From positions 64,001-128,000 of the forward strand of contig JAXHMY010000003.1 of assembly GCA_034520965.1 (NCBI GenBank): a stretch of DNA of 64,000 nucleotides. The letters run 5' to 3'. The notes under the pieces are model-generated. The model was not told the origin of the DNA. It was given only the letters and a program-made list of their open reading frames with translations, and did not search any database. The translations under genes and the position numbers were made by a program. Position 1 is the first letter of the stretch, and each line of letters begins with the position of its first letter. This DNA is from Spirochaetia bacterium (GTDB lineage Bacteria; Spirochaetota; Spirochaetia; DSM-16054; Sediminispirochaetaceae). This document shows positions 1 through 8,592 of the stretch, in pieces.

Positions 1-888
1 ACGGCACACAAGTATGAACCGGAGCTCAATCCGCTGTTCGACGATTTCGCCGAGTACTACCGAACCGCGATCATTCCGGCCCGAGCCTACCGGCCTAAGG
101 ATAAGGCTCTTGTCGAGAATGCCGTGAAGCTGGCCTACCAGCGGATCTTCGCTCCGTTGTACGAAAGACAGTTTTACTCCCTCGATGAGCTCAACCAAGC
201 CATCAGGGAGCAGCTTGAGAAGCACAATAACCGAAAGCTGACGAAACTGCAAATCTCCCGCAGGCAATTATTTGAAGAAATCGAGCAAAAAGAACTCAAA
301 ACCCTTCCATCAAGTCCCTATCCGCTCAAATACTTCGAGCATCGAACAGTCGCCCCCGACTATCATGTGCTCCTGTCAGAAGATAAGCACTACTACAGCG
401 CTCCGTGGCGCTTCAAAGGCGCGAAGGTACGGCTGATCTTCGATGAGCGAAATGTGGCCATTTATGCCGACGGTCAGCGGGTTGCACAGCACCGCAGAGA
501 TACTCGAAGAGGAGGCTACACCACTGTAGAGGCACATATGCCGACCCACCATCAGTTCTATGCCTCCTGGTCTGCCGAAAAGTTTACCCAGTGGGCTCAG
601 AGCATCGGAGAGGAGACCAATCTGGTCATCTCCCACCTCCTGCAGTCCAAGCGGCACAAAGAGCAGGCTTACAAATCTTGTGTCGGCATCCTCTCGATGG
701 CGACCAAGTACTCGGCCGAGGAGCTGAACATTGCCTGCCGCAAAGCCTGGAACTACAACCGTATCAGCTATCGGGATGTAAAGGGCTACCTCGAAGACCT
801 GCGACTCCAGCGAAAACTCAACCGCGAAGACAAACAGATGAAAATGTTTGCCCATGAGAACCTCAGAGACAGTGCAATTTACCAATAG
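1..888 (+). CDS. istA: IS21 transposase IstA (5'-truncated by window)
   Basis: Frame is open from base 1 (...IIPARAYRPKDKALVENAV..., the IS21 DDE-region signature); C-terminal YYSAPWRF motif. Confidence 0.9.
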   Translation, partial: TAHKYEPELNPLFDDFAEYYRTAIIPARAYRPKDKALVENAVKLAYQRIFAPLYERQFYSLDELNQAIREQLEKHNNRKLTKLQISRRQLFEEIEQKELKTLPSSPYPLKYFEHRTVAPDYHVLLSEDKHYYSAPWRFKGAKVRLIFDERNVAIYADGQRVAQHRRDTRRGGYTTVEAHMPTHHQFYASWSAEKFTQWAQSIGEETNLVISHLLQSKRHKEQAYKSCVGILSMATKYSAEELNIACRKAWNYNRISYRDVKGYLEDLRLQRKLNREDKQMKMFAHENLRDSAIYQ

Positions 889-900
889 GAGATAAAGAAT

Positions 901-1641
901 ATGAACAACACACAGGCGACAATCAACAAGATGAGCAGCATGAGGCTTCACGGTATGGCAGGTGCCTATCGTAGCCTGCTGGAGTCCGGTCGGAATATGA
1001 ATCTCACCGTAGATGAGGCGATTTCCTACCTCATTGATGCCGAGTGGGACGAGAAACAGGACCGTCGGCTTACCCGGCTACTTCAAGCCGCTCGGTTCCG
1101 CTACCAGGCTTCGATTGAGGATATCGATTTCTCTCTCGAGAGAAATATAGATAAGACTACCCTGCTGCGATTAGCCGACTGCTCCTGGATCTCCCGGGGG
1201 CAGGATATCATCATAACAGGAGCGACCGGAGTGGGAAAAAGCTTCGTTGGTACGGCTCTCGGCTTCCAAGCCTGCCATCATGGACACCCGGTAAAGTATT
1301 ACTCTGCGGCCCGCCTCTTCCGTGAAATGGAGGAGGCAAAAAACGATGGAACGTATCTTAAACAGATAAACCGCATCATGAAGTGTGCGGTCCTCATCCT
1401 TGATGACTTCGGCCTTGAGATGCTCAGCGATACCGCACGGCTTGCTCTGCTTGAGATTCTCGAGGACCGCCATCGCAGAAAATCTACTATCGTCATATCA
1501 CAGCTGCCGGTTTCCGCCTGGCACCAGATCATCGGTGAGGCGACTATAGCCGACGCGATTATGGACCGCATGGCTTTCAATTCTCACAGAATTGAGCTAA
1601 AAGGCGACTCGGTGAGGAGGAAAATGTATGGAATAGATTGA
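901..1641 (+). CDS. istB: IS21 helper AAA+ ATPase IstB
   Basis: Walker A GATGVGKS, Walker B LILDDFG, ADAIMDR and IELKGDSVR motifs; directly follows istA. Confidence 0.95.
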   Translation: MNNTQATINKMSSMRLHGMAGAYRSLLESGRNMNLTVDEAISYLIDAEWDEKQDRRLTRLLQAARFRYQASIEDIDFSLERNIDKTTLLRLADCSWISRGQDIIITGATGVGKSFVGTALGFQACHHGHPVKYYSAARLFREMEEAKNDGTYLKQINRIMKCAVLILDDFGLEMLSDTARLALLEILEDRHRRKSTIVISQLPVSAWHQIIGEATIADAIMDRMAFNSHRIELKGDSVRRKMYGID

Positions 1642-1695
1642 CTCAAAACGGACACCTGTGGATACTTGGTTCGAGGGTTTTTTTTACCTAAATTA

Positions 1696-1743
1696 CTGTC
1701 CGTTTATTTCCGGAATAGCTGTCCGGTTTCACCGGAATACACA
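1696..1743. repeat. IS21 right end with two tandem transposase-binding-like repeats
   Basis: ctgtccgtttatttccggaatag followed by ctgtccggtttcaccggaatac, ending in ...CA; abrupt switch to AT-rich DNA afterwards. Confidence 0.75.
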
Positions 1744-1805
1744 AAATGAAATTATATTTTATATATGCTTTTTGCATCCGATCAATTAGATTATTTATTA
1801 GGTTA

Positions 1806-2555
1806 TTAACCACGAATGTTTTTCTTATACCTGCAATTTGGATAATTTGAACAACCATAAAATTTACCATATGGTCCATTTCTAACTAATAAATTTCCTC
1901 CACATCTAGGACAAACTAATGATCTTTCTTTTTGTATTCTTTCATAATTATTCTTATGTATCTGCTGCACATGTTCTTTTCTAGTATCTTTATCCAGGAT
2001 ATTTAATTTCGAAAGTTGATCTGAAATTATTTTTACTTCACTAATAGATAAGTTTCGTCTTATGCTTTTTCTTGCAATAATTTGAAAAAGTTCATTATCA
2101 TAAACAACTGGAACTTGAGAAGTTACGTTTTTTAATTCTCCACTACCAACAAAAACGATAATAGGATGATACGTTATATGTCTGAAATTCGAAAGAACTT
2201 CTTTTAATGCATATATATGGGACCAATTTTGTTTAATAGGATTCCTAAATTTATCTCTACTTTTATAGAAAGTTTGAGTCCAATATTCTGAATTCTCATT
2301 TCCATGTATCCAACCACTATAGTTCTTGGTTTCAATAACAAATATACCATATGTTGAAATAACAATATGATCTATTTGGCTACTTCCTTTACTTGTTCTT
2401 ATAAAAATATTATTCAGAACTTTGTATTCTTTATCATCTAGTTTGTTTAATTGCCCTGCTATCCTTGATTCGCCTATGTGGCCCTTAATTTTTGGTTTAT
2501 TTATCTTGAAAATGAATATCAAGATAATTGCGATTAAAAATAAAACTATATTCAT
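1806..2555 (-). CDS. NERD nuclease-related domain protein with C-terminal topoisomerase C4 zinc ribbon (cassette 12)
   Basis: N-terminal hydrophobic helix, QIDHIVIS..GIFVIETKNYSG, NPIKQN, and C-terminal CPRCGG...FYGCSNYPNC. Confidence 0.88.
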   Translation of the reverse strand: MNIVLFLIAIILIFIFKINKPKIKGHIGESRIAGQLNKLDDKEYKVLNNIFIRTSKGSSQIDHIVISTYGIFVIETKNYSGWIHGNENSEYWTQTFYKSRDKFRNPIKQNWSHIYALKEVLSNFRHITYHPIIVFVGSGELKNVTSQVPVVYDNELFQIIARKSIRRNLSISEVKIISDQLSKLNILDKDTRKEHVQQIHKNNYERIQKERSLVCPRCGGNLLVRNGPYGKFYGCSNYPNCRYKKNIRG

Positions 2556-2687
2556 AATATGTTTACTCTTTTACTTTTAATTTGCAATAATTTCACACAA
2601 CATCCTGTAGATAATGAATTTATTATGTTATTTCTAATGCATCAATTATTTACCAATAAACGGTATAATTAAATTATACATTGAGCT

Positions 2688-2822
2688 ACATAACGTTCAC
2701 TTGAGTTGCCTGGCGCTGTTATGATTTAGCCCACTCACTTTAACCATTGTAACTCCTGTTTTTCAATTCAACAATTTCTTTGCTATATTCACCGCCAGGT
2801 CAACTCCAAGTGGTTGTTATGT
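2688..2822 (-). repeat. attC site (belongs to TA cassette 11)
   Basis: 135 bp; ACATAAC...GTTATGT core sites, arms acttgagttgcctggcg / cgccagg(t)caact(c)caagt with two unpaired bases. Confidence 0.95.
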
Positions 2823-2842
2823 TCTATCATTTGTCATTTTTA

Positions 2843-3166
2843 TTATCTTATATTTCTTCTCATAAGAATATCTTCAATATTTCTTCTCCCATCAATGATA
2901 GCCATAACATACACAATATTATGATCTTCTTTATACATTATTCTCCAAGGACTTACTATTAGTTCTCTATATTTTATAATATTCTGTTCATATAATTCGG
3001 GGATTATTCTTCCGCTCTTCGGGAATTCATTTAATTCTATGGTAACATTTTTTATTTTATCATATTGTTCTATTGCATTATTTATTGAATTTATAGAAAT
3101 ATATTCTATGATATCATCAAGATCTTTTACTGCTGTTTCCGTCCACACTACTTTAATTTTTTTCAA
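2843..3166 (-). CDS. RelE/ParE-family toxin (cassette 11)
   Basis: VVWTETAVKDLDDIIEYI...L.EFPKSGRIIPEL...YRELIVSPWRIMY...DGRR pattern; downstream of an antitoxin. Confidence 0.9.
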   Translation of the reverse strand: MKKIKVVWTETAVKDLDDIIEYISINSINNAIEQYDKIKNVTIELNEFPKSGRIIPELYEQNIIKYRELIVSPWRIMYKEDHNIVYVMAIIDGRRNIEDILMRRNIR

Positions 3167-3184
3167 TAATATATCCTAATTCTA

Positions 3185-3475
3185 TTAATTGTTCTTTTTC
3201 TTTAATTCTTTTATTTTATTATCAAATTCGTTAAACAACTTATCTTGATCTATTACTTTTTCTTTTTCGATATCATTTTCACTCTGAGACATTATTTTTA
3301 ATATTCCAATACTGTTGATCATGGATTGATATGTTTCTGTGTCTAATAGTACAGCTTTTGCTTCTCCATTTTGTGTTATGATCATGGGGTGATGGGTATC
3401 GTTTACTCGCTTTAACATCTCAGCAGCGTTTGTTTTTATGTAGGATATTGGTTTTATATCGTCTTTTATGTTCAT
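3185..3475 (-). CDS. Phd/YefM-family antitoxin (cassette 11)
   Basis: IKPISYIK.NAAEML..V...HHPMIITQNGEAKAVLLD signature. Confidence 0.9.
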   Translation of the reverse strand: MNIKDDIKPISYIKTNAAEMLKRVNDTHHPMIITQNGEAKAVLLDTETYQSMINSIGILKIMSQSENDIEKEKVIDQDKLFNEFDNKIKELKKKNN

Positions 3476-3486
3476 AATGAACCTCC

Positions 3487-3524
3487 AGTACTTATATAGT
3501 ACTTAATTAAGACTTATTAGTCAA
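3487..3524 (-). promoter_or_regulatory. TA cassette promoter with palindromic operator
   Basis: TTGACT-17 bp-TACTAT on minus (3519-3524, 3496-3501), overlapped by AGTACT-N5-AGTACT; same in the copy near 7054-7091. Confidence 0.7.
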
Positions 3525-3540
3525 TCTATATTTTGATGGA

Positions 3541-3675
3541 ACATAACGTTCACTTGAGTTGCCTGGCGGTGTTACGCAATAGCCCACTCTCTTTAACCAT
3601 TGTAACTCCAGTTCTCCAAATCAACAATCTCTTTCTCAATTTCATCGCCAGGACAACTCCAAGTGGTTGTTATAT
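3541..3675 (-). repeat. attC site (cassette 10)
   Basis: Same 135-bp repeat family. Confidence 0.95.
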
Positions 3676-3680
3676 AGCAT

Positions 3681-4166
3681 TTAATTCAATTCCAGTATTT
3701 CAATCTTTATATGTTCGATCATTTTATTTATATTCTTATAATATTCTTTTAAACTTACAAAACCAATGGTTGAATCATTACCATGAGCTATTCTGTGTCT
3801 TTGACCAATAATTGAATTAATAGATGCTTTTACTTCATCATAGTTATCTATTTCCGATAATTTAACCACCCAATCATCATTAAACTTTTTAAATAAAGTT
3901 TCAATTTTCTCAGTTTTTGCATTAGTAAATGTTTTTAAATTATTATGAATATAATTTTTAATATAGTCATGAGATTTTTCTTCAGAATATTTTAATAATA
4001 ATAAGTAAATTGATTTTTCTAAATAACCGGAAATTAGCACACAAAGATATTTTGTGAGGTGAGATACTAGTTCAAAATCATAATTATCGTTTTCATTTAA
4101 ATAATCAATTTTTTCAAAAATATTTTCTATCTTTCTTTTTGATTTTTCAATTTCTATATTCGTCAT
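3681..4166 (-). CDS. HEPN-domain protein (RiboL-PSP/MAE_28990-like putative RNase) (cassette 10)
   Basis: YLCVLISGYLEKS helix and RHRIAHG (R-x4-H HEPN motif); overlaps the end of the DUF262 gene. Confidence 0.82.
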   Translation of the reverse strand: MTNIEIEKSKRKIENIFEKIDYLNENDNYDFELVSHLTKYLCVLISGYLEKSIYLLLLKYSEEKSHDYIKNYIHNNLKTFTNAKTEKIETLFKKFNDDWVVKLSEIDNYDEVKASINSIIGQRHRIAHGNDSTIGFVSLKEYYKNINKMIEHIKIEILELN

Positions 4167-5240
4167 TTATTTTCTCTATTGCAATATCAATTCTACTAAT
4201 TACACTCTCTTTATGATGAGTTTTACCTGTAAAAATTGAATTTTCGAATTTTTTATTTTTATGCATTTCTTTCACTACTTGATAAATATTTTTTTTATTA
4301 TTATCTATAATTTTAACATTTTTACTTATACCGACAAAAATAGAATCTAAAATTGCTATATTTAGAGCATTGCCTTTTGGCCTAAAAAATTGTAGACCAA
4401 TATCATTACAAATGTAATTGAGAGTTGTAGTAAAAGTTTCTTTTACCTCATCTTTATCAATATTATCTAAATTTTTATTAGTTGACATGAACTCATTTAA
4501 AAGAATTTCATGTTGCCTTTATAACTTTTATAATCGTAATGCAATGCTATTAATCTTAAAATTATTTCTTCGTCTTTTTTTCTTTTAGGATTTATACTAA
4601 AATTTTCCTGCCAAAGGTTCAAATCTTTAAGTTCTTTTAACAATTCTTGAAGCTCACCTTGATAAATAGCTGTTCTTATTTCTTGTGGATATAAATTCAT
4701 ACCTCCTGAATTTAGTCTCTCAAATATAAGAAATATACTTTCATTATTTTTATCCTTCGGATCCTCTGGTTTAACTATTGTGGCGTGTAGTATCGTATCA
4801 TCAACTTTATTTTTTAGTTCTTGTGGTAATGTCTCATAAGTTAGATTCAAATAGTCTGAGTGCACATCTATAAGCTTAAAATTTCTATCTTTATATTTAC
4901 CTACATAAAAAGCATACAAAGCATTAATCCTCTGTTGTCCATCAATTACTAACAAATTATTAGTTCCCTCTTGAACAGAAAGAAAAATACCTGGGATCGG
5001 TATACCTAAGAGAATTGATTCAATGAATTTTGAGCATTGTTTAGAAGACCATACTAGATTTCTTTGAAAATCTGGTACTACAATACTATTATTTTTAAAT
5101 CTTCTTACTAATCCATTAACATCGAAGTCAATTCCATAGCTTGTTAATGAATACGAGAACGGAACGGATTCATCCGAATCACTTTCATCAATAATTTGTT
5201 CATTAATTTCTTTTTCGTATTCATAATCTTCATAATCCAT
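4147..5240 (-). CDS. DUF262/GmrS-like (ParB-fold) protein, split by a 1-nt frameshift near 4498 (cassette 10)
   Basis: FQR, DGQQR and IFERLN motifs; adding one T to the run at about 4498-4502 gives continuous KFFLNEFMSTNK. Confidence 0.85.
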
Positions 5241-5283
5241 ACTTTACTCCAAATAAATATTCTTCTTTAGCAATCATGCTGCT

Positions 5284-5418
5284 ATATAACGTTCACTTGA
5301 GTTGCCTGGCGCTGTTACGCAATAGCCCACTCTCTTTAACCATTGTAACCCGAGTTTCGCAATACAACAACTTCTTTGCCAAATAGTCCGCCAGGTCAAC
5401 TCCAAGTGGTTGTTATGT
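5284..5418 (-). repeat. attC site (cassette 9)
   Basis: Same repeat family; internal sequence identical to 13098-13232. Confidence 0.95.
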
Positions 5419-5421
5419 TCA

Positions 5422-6120
5422 TTACATTTTACTTTTTATCCATATCCCTGTATATTCTGGTACAACTGCACTTTTACTCTCTAATACTTTATCTTTCATT
5501 TCTTCTCCAAAGAAAAAACTTATTATTTGGGCAGCTTCTCTATAGTCATTGAATTTATAATCAGTTTTAACAATAGTTTTTACAAACGCATATTCTTCTT
5601 CAAGCAAGCTATAGAATTCTATTAAATCAGTATTATTTATTTCCGGATCTTTCACATTTGTACCAAGAGTTTCAATTAATATTTTCACACTATTATCAGT
5701 GGTTATCTGATTTATGTTATTTAACAGCTTTACAGTAGTACTCTGAATATCATTATTGTTTTCAACTATAGTGTGTCCAAAACTCCATCCTTCAATAAAT
5801 ATATGTGCTTTATTTTTTACCAAAGGCAAATTCTCATTTTCACCAACATTCAAAACTATTTTATCTGAATATTTTTTTAAGTTTTTTTTACATCTATTTA
5901 GCATATGAGCTTCCCGATCAAACCCATAGAGCTTCTCTATTTTGTCAATATATATTTTGGAGAGACGTCCCGTACCGATACCTGCCTCATATACGATCTT
6001 TTTATCCCATTCTATTTTATTTAATAGCTCTTCAGTCAAGTTGTTTTGATAATCTTCAGCGGTTACCAACTTGTCGTATTCGGTAGCATACTTTTTATAT
6101 ATTTCACTCATTTTCGGCAA
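5422..6120 (-). CDS. Class I SAM-dependent methyltransferase (cassette 9)
   Basis: Motif I VYEAGIGTGRLS, acidic motif II YGFDRE, ENLPL. Confidence 0.8.
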   Translation of the reverse strand: MPKMSEIYKKYATEYDKLVTAEDYQNNLTEELLNKIEWDKKIVYEAGIGTGRLSKIYIDKIEKLYGFDREAHMLNRCKKNLKKYSDKIVLNVGENENLPLVKNKAHIFIEGWSFGHTIVENNNDIQSTTVKLLNNINQITTDNSVKILIETLGTNVKDPEINNTDLIEFYSLLEEEYAFVKTIVKTDYKFNDYREAAQIISFFFGEEMKDKVLESKSAVVPEYTGIWIKSKM

Positions 6121-6254
6121 AACAATTTTCCCTTCCTCATTTTGTTAATCTAAAACTCACAATAACTTTTGAGATTAAAATAGTATTATAAATAATTTTT
6201 ATCTTACATGCCCACTAAGTTTAACCAACTTCAGCATCGATAGTAATTTCATGA

Positions 6255-6389
6255 ACATAACGTTCACTTGAGTTGCCTGGCGCTGTTATGATTTAGCCCA
6301 CTCACTTTAACCATTATAACCCCAGTTCGCCAAATCAACAAATTCTTTGCCATATTCACCGCCAGGACAACTCCAAGTGGTTGTTATGT
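6255..6389 (-). repeat. attC site (cassette 8)
   Basis: Same repeat family. Confidence 0.95.
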
Positions 6390-6409
6390 TCTATCATTTG
6401 TCATTTTTA

Positions 6410-6733
6410 TTATCTTATATTTCTTCTCATAAGAATATCTTCAATATTTCTTCTCCCATCAATGATAGCCATAACATACACAATATTATGATCTTCTTTA
6501 TACATTATTCTCCAAGGACTTACTATTAGTTCTCTATATTTTATAATATTCTGTTCATATAATTCGGGGATTATTCTTCCGCTCTTCGGGAATTCATTTA
6601 ATTCTATGGTAACATTTTTTATTTTATCATATTGTTCTATTGCATTATTTATTGAATTTATAGAAATATATTCTATGATATCATCAAGATCTTTTCCTGC
6701 TGTTTCCGTCCACACTACTTTAATTTTTTTCAA
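6410..6733 (-). CDS. RelE/ParE-family toxin, second copy (cassette 8)
   Basis: One amino-acid difference from 2843-3166. Confidence 0.9.
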   Translation of the reverse strand: MKKIKVVWTETAGKDLDDIIEYISINSINNAIEQYDKIKNVTIELNEFPKSGRIIPELYEQNIIKYRELIVSPWRIMYKEDHNIVYVMAIIDGRRNIEDILMRRNIR

Positions 6734-6751
6734 TAATATATCCTAATTCTA

Positions 6752-7042
6752 TTAATTGTTCTTTTTCTTTAATTCTTTTATTTTATTATCAAATTCGTTA
6801 AACAACTTATCTTGATCTATTACTTTTTCTTTTTCGATATCATTTTCACTCTGAGACATTATTTTTAATATTCCAATACTGTTGATCATGGATTGATATG
6901 TTTCTGTGTCTAATAGTACAGCTTTTGCTTCTCCATTTTGTGTTATGATCATGGGGTGATGGGTATCGTTTACTCGCTTTAACATCTCAGCAGCGTTTGT
7001 TTTTATGTAGGATATTGGTTTTATATCGTCTTTTATGTTCAT
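6752..7042 (-). CDS. Phd/YefM-family antitoxin, second copy (cassette 8)
   Basis: Protein identical to 3185-3475. Confidence 0.9.
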   Translation of the reverse strand: MNIKDDIKPISYIKTNAAEMLKRVNDTHHPMIITQNGEAKAVLLDTETYQSMINSIGILKIMSQSENDIEKEKVIDQDKLFNEFDNKIKELKKKNN

Positions 7043-7107
7043 AATAAACCTCCAGTACTTATATAGTACTTTATTAAGACTTATTAGTCAATCTATATTT
7101 TGATGGA

Positions 7108-7242
7108 ACATAACGTTCACTTGAGATGCTTGGCGCTAACAGTATATAGCCCACTCACTTTAACCATTGTAACTCTACATTTCCAATTCAAAAATCTCTT
7201 TGCCATATTCACCGCCAGGTCAACTCCAAGTGGTTGTTATGT
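7108..7242 (-). repeat. attC site (cassette 7), most divergent arm
   Basis: Same family, but the left arm reads ttgagatgcttggcg (two mismatches in the stem). Confidence 0.93.
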
Positions 7243-7250
7243 GCACCTCA

Positions 7251-8336
7251 TTATTTCTTTAATAATTCATACAACTCTCTATTAACATAGATTGTTTCTT
7301 TCCAAGATTTATATGATTCTAATATTCCTATTTCTTCTAACTGCTTAAGATATTTACTAGCAGTTCTTCTTTCAGCAATATTCTCATTTACTAAAAACTC
7401 AATTTTTGTGTACGGCTGTACAAATAATAATTCAATTAGTTCCTTGGAGTAAGTTGTTTTTGGCAGTTTTTCTTTACATAATTCTATAGTCTTATTCATT
7501 AGATTCATTATTGAAGAAATTATCTGCAATGTATCTTTTGAAGTTTCTTCTACTGCTCTTAGCATAAATAAAATCCATTTTTCCCATGCATTATCAGTTC
7601 TTACTTTTTGCAATAAATTGTAATATTGTCCCTTGTTTTTTATTATATAATCACTTAAATAGAGTATGGGGGTATCAATTAAATTCTTTTGTACCAGATA
7701 TAAAACATTTATTATTCTTCCTGTTCTGCCATTGCCGTCATAGAATGGATGTATCGATTCAAACTGGTAGTGTATAATAGCCATTTTAATAAGAGAATCA
7801 ATTGCGCTGTCTTTATTCATATAGCTTTCTAAGTTAGAAAGTAAATTCAATATTGTTTTCTCATTATCCGGTGGTGTGTATATCACCTCACCTGTTTGAT
7901 CATTCATCAAACTTGTTCCAGGCAGTTTCCTAATGCCAGCATTATTTTTTTCTAAATCTTTTTGTATATTTAAGATCGTGTTTATACTCAGCCCACCTTT
8001 TTTGCTAAGTTCGTTATAACCGGTCCATATTGCTGATCGATAATTTAATACTTCTTTTGTTGCTGTATCGATTTTTCTTTCACTTTCTGCTAGCGCTTTA
8101 TATATTTCATCCTGAGTAGTAATTATATTTTCGATTTCAGAGCTTGTTCTTGCTTCCTTCAATACTATGGAATTAAGTAATATGGTTTCATTTGGTAACA
8201 GAGAACAATAACCTTTTAACCTGGCAAGCTCTCTATTTGCTTTTATTGCTTGGTTCAGAATTTTCTTTGTTTCAATATCAACCTTTGGAGGAAGATGAGG
8301 CAGATCGTTGTATGGTTCATTTTTATTAATGCTCAT
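7251..8336 (-). CDS. Fic-family AMP transferase, SoFic-like (cassette 7)
   Basis: HPFYDGNGRTGR Fic motif, N-terminal inhibitory SSEIEN motif, C-terminal wHTH-like RRTASKYLKQLEEIGIL; probable start is ATG at 8336 (MSINKN). Confidence 0.92.
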   Translation of the reverse strand: MSINKNEPYNDLPHLPPKVDIETKKILNQAIKANRELARLKGYCSLLPNETILLNSIVLKEARTSSEIENIITTQDEIYKALAESERKIDTATKEVLNYRSAIWTGYNELSKKGGLSINTILNIQKDLEKNNAGIRKLPGTSLMNDQTGEVIYTPPDNEKTILNLLSNLESYMNKDSAIDSLIKMAIIHYQFESIHPFYDGNGRTGRIINVLYLVQKNLIDTPILYLSDYIIKNKGQYYNLLQKVRTDNAWEKWILFMLRAVEETSKDTLQIISSIMNLMNKTIELCKEKLPKTTYSKELIELLFVQPYTKIEFLVNENIAERRTASKYLKQLEEIGILESYKSWKETIYVNRELYELLKK

Positions 8337-8339
8337 TTC

Positions 8340-8388
8340 ATGTACATTATAACACATTCTTTGCTCATTACAAGCTTTTCATGTACAT
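8340..8388 (-). promoter_or_regulatory. Fic cassette promoter flanked by two ATGTACAT palindromes
   Basis: TTGTAA-16 bp-TATAAT with extended -10 TGn; ATGTACATGAAA occurs twice (8340-8347 and 8381-8388 cores); conserved in the copy at 11284-11332. Confidence 0.7.
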
Positions 8389-8395
8389 ATCGTGC

Positions 8396-8530
8396 ACATA
8401 ACGTTCACTTGAGTTGCCTGGCGCTGTTACGCCTTAGCCCACTCACTTTAACCATTGTAACTCCAGTACTCAAATTAAACAACTTCTTTGCCAAATAGAC
8501 CGCCAGGTCAACTCCAAGTGGTTGTTATAT
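8396..8530 (-). repeat. attC site (cassette 6)
   Basis: Same repeat family. Confidence 0.95.
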
Positions 8531-8592
8531 GCCCGATACAGACAAAAATTATAAGAGAAGAGCAAGAAGAGTAAGGAAAAAAAGTGGTTGAT

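Larger units (their letters stand above)
1..1743 (+). mobile_element. IS21-family insertion sequence (right part; left end outside window)
   Basis: istA-istB gene pair, higher GC than the adjacent array, and a right end reading TGTGTATTCCGG... on the minus strand with repeated sub-terminal motifs. Confidence 0.9.

Noticed and set aside
2716..2800. DGR-like adenine-specific mutagenesis of attC (9 of 10 differences between the attCs at 2688 and 6255 are at A on the cassette strand of the first)
   Set aside because: Across all 11 sites many variable columns are not A-based, the Fic attC pair shows no such bias, and there is no reverse transcriptase in the window
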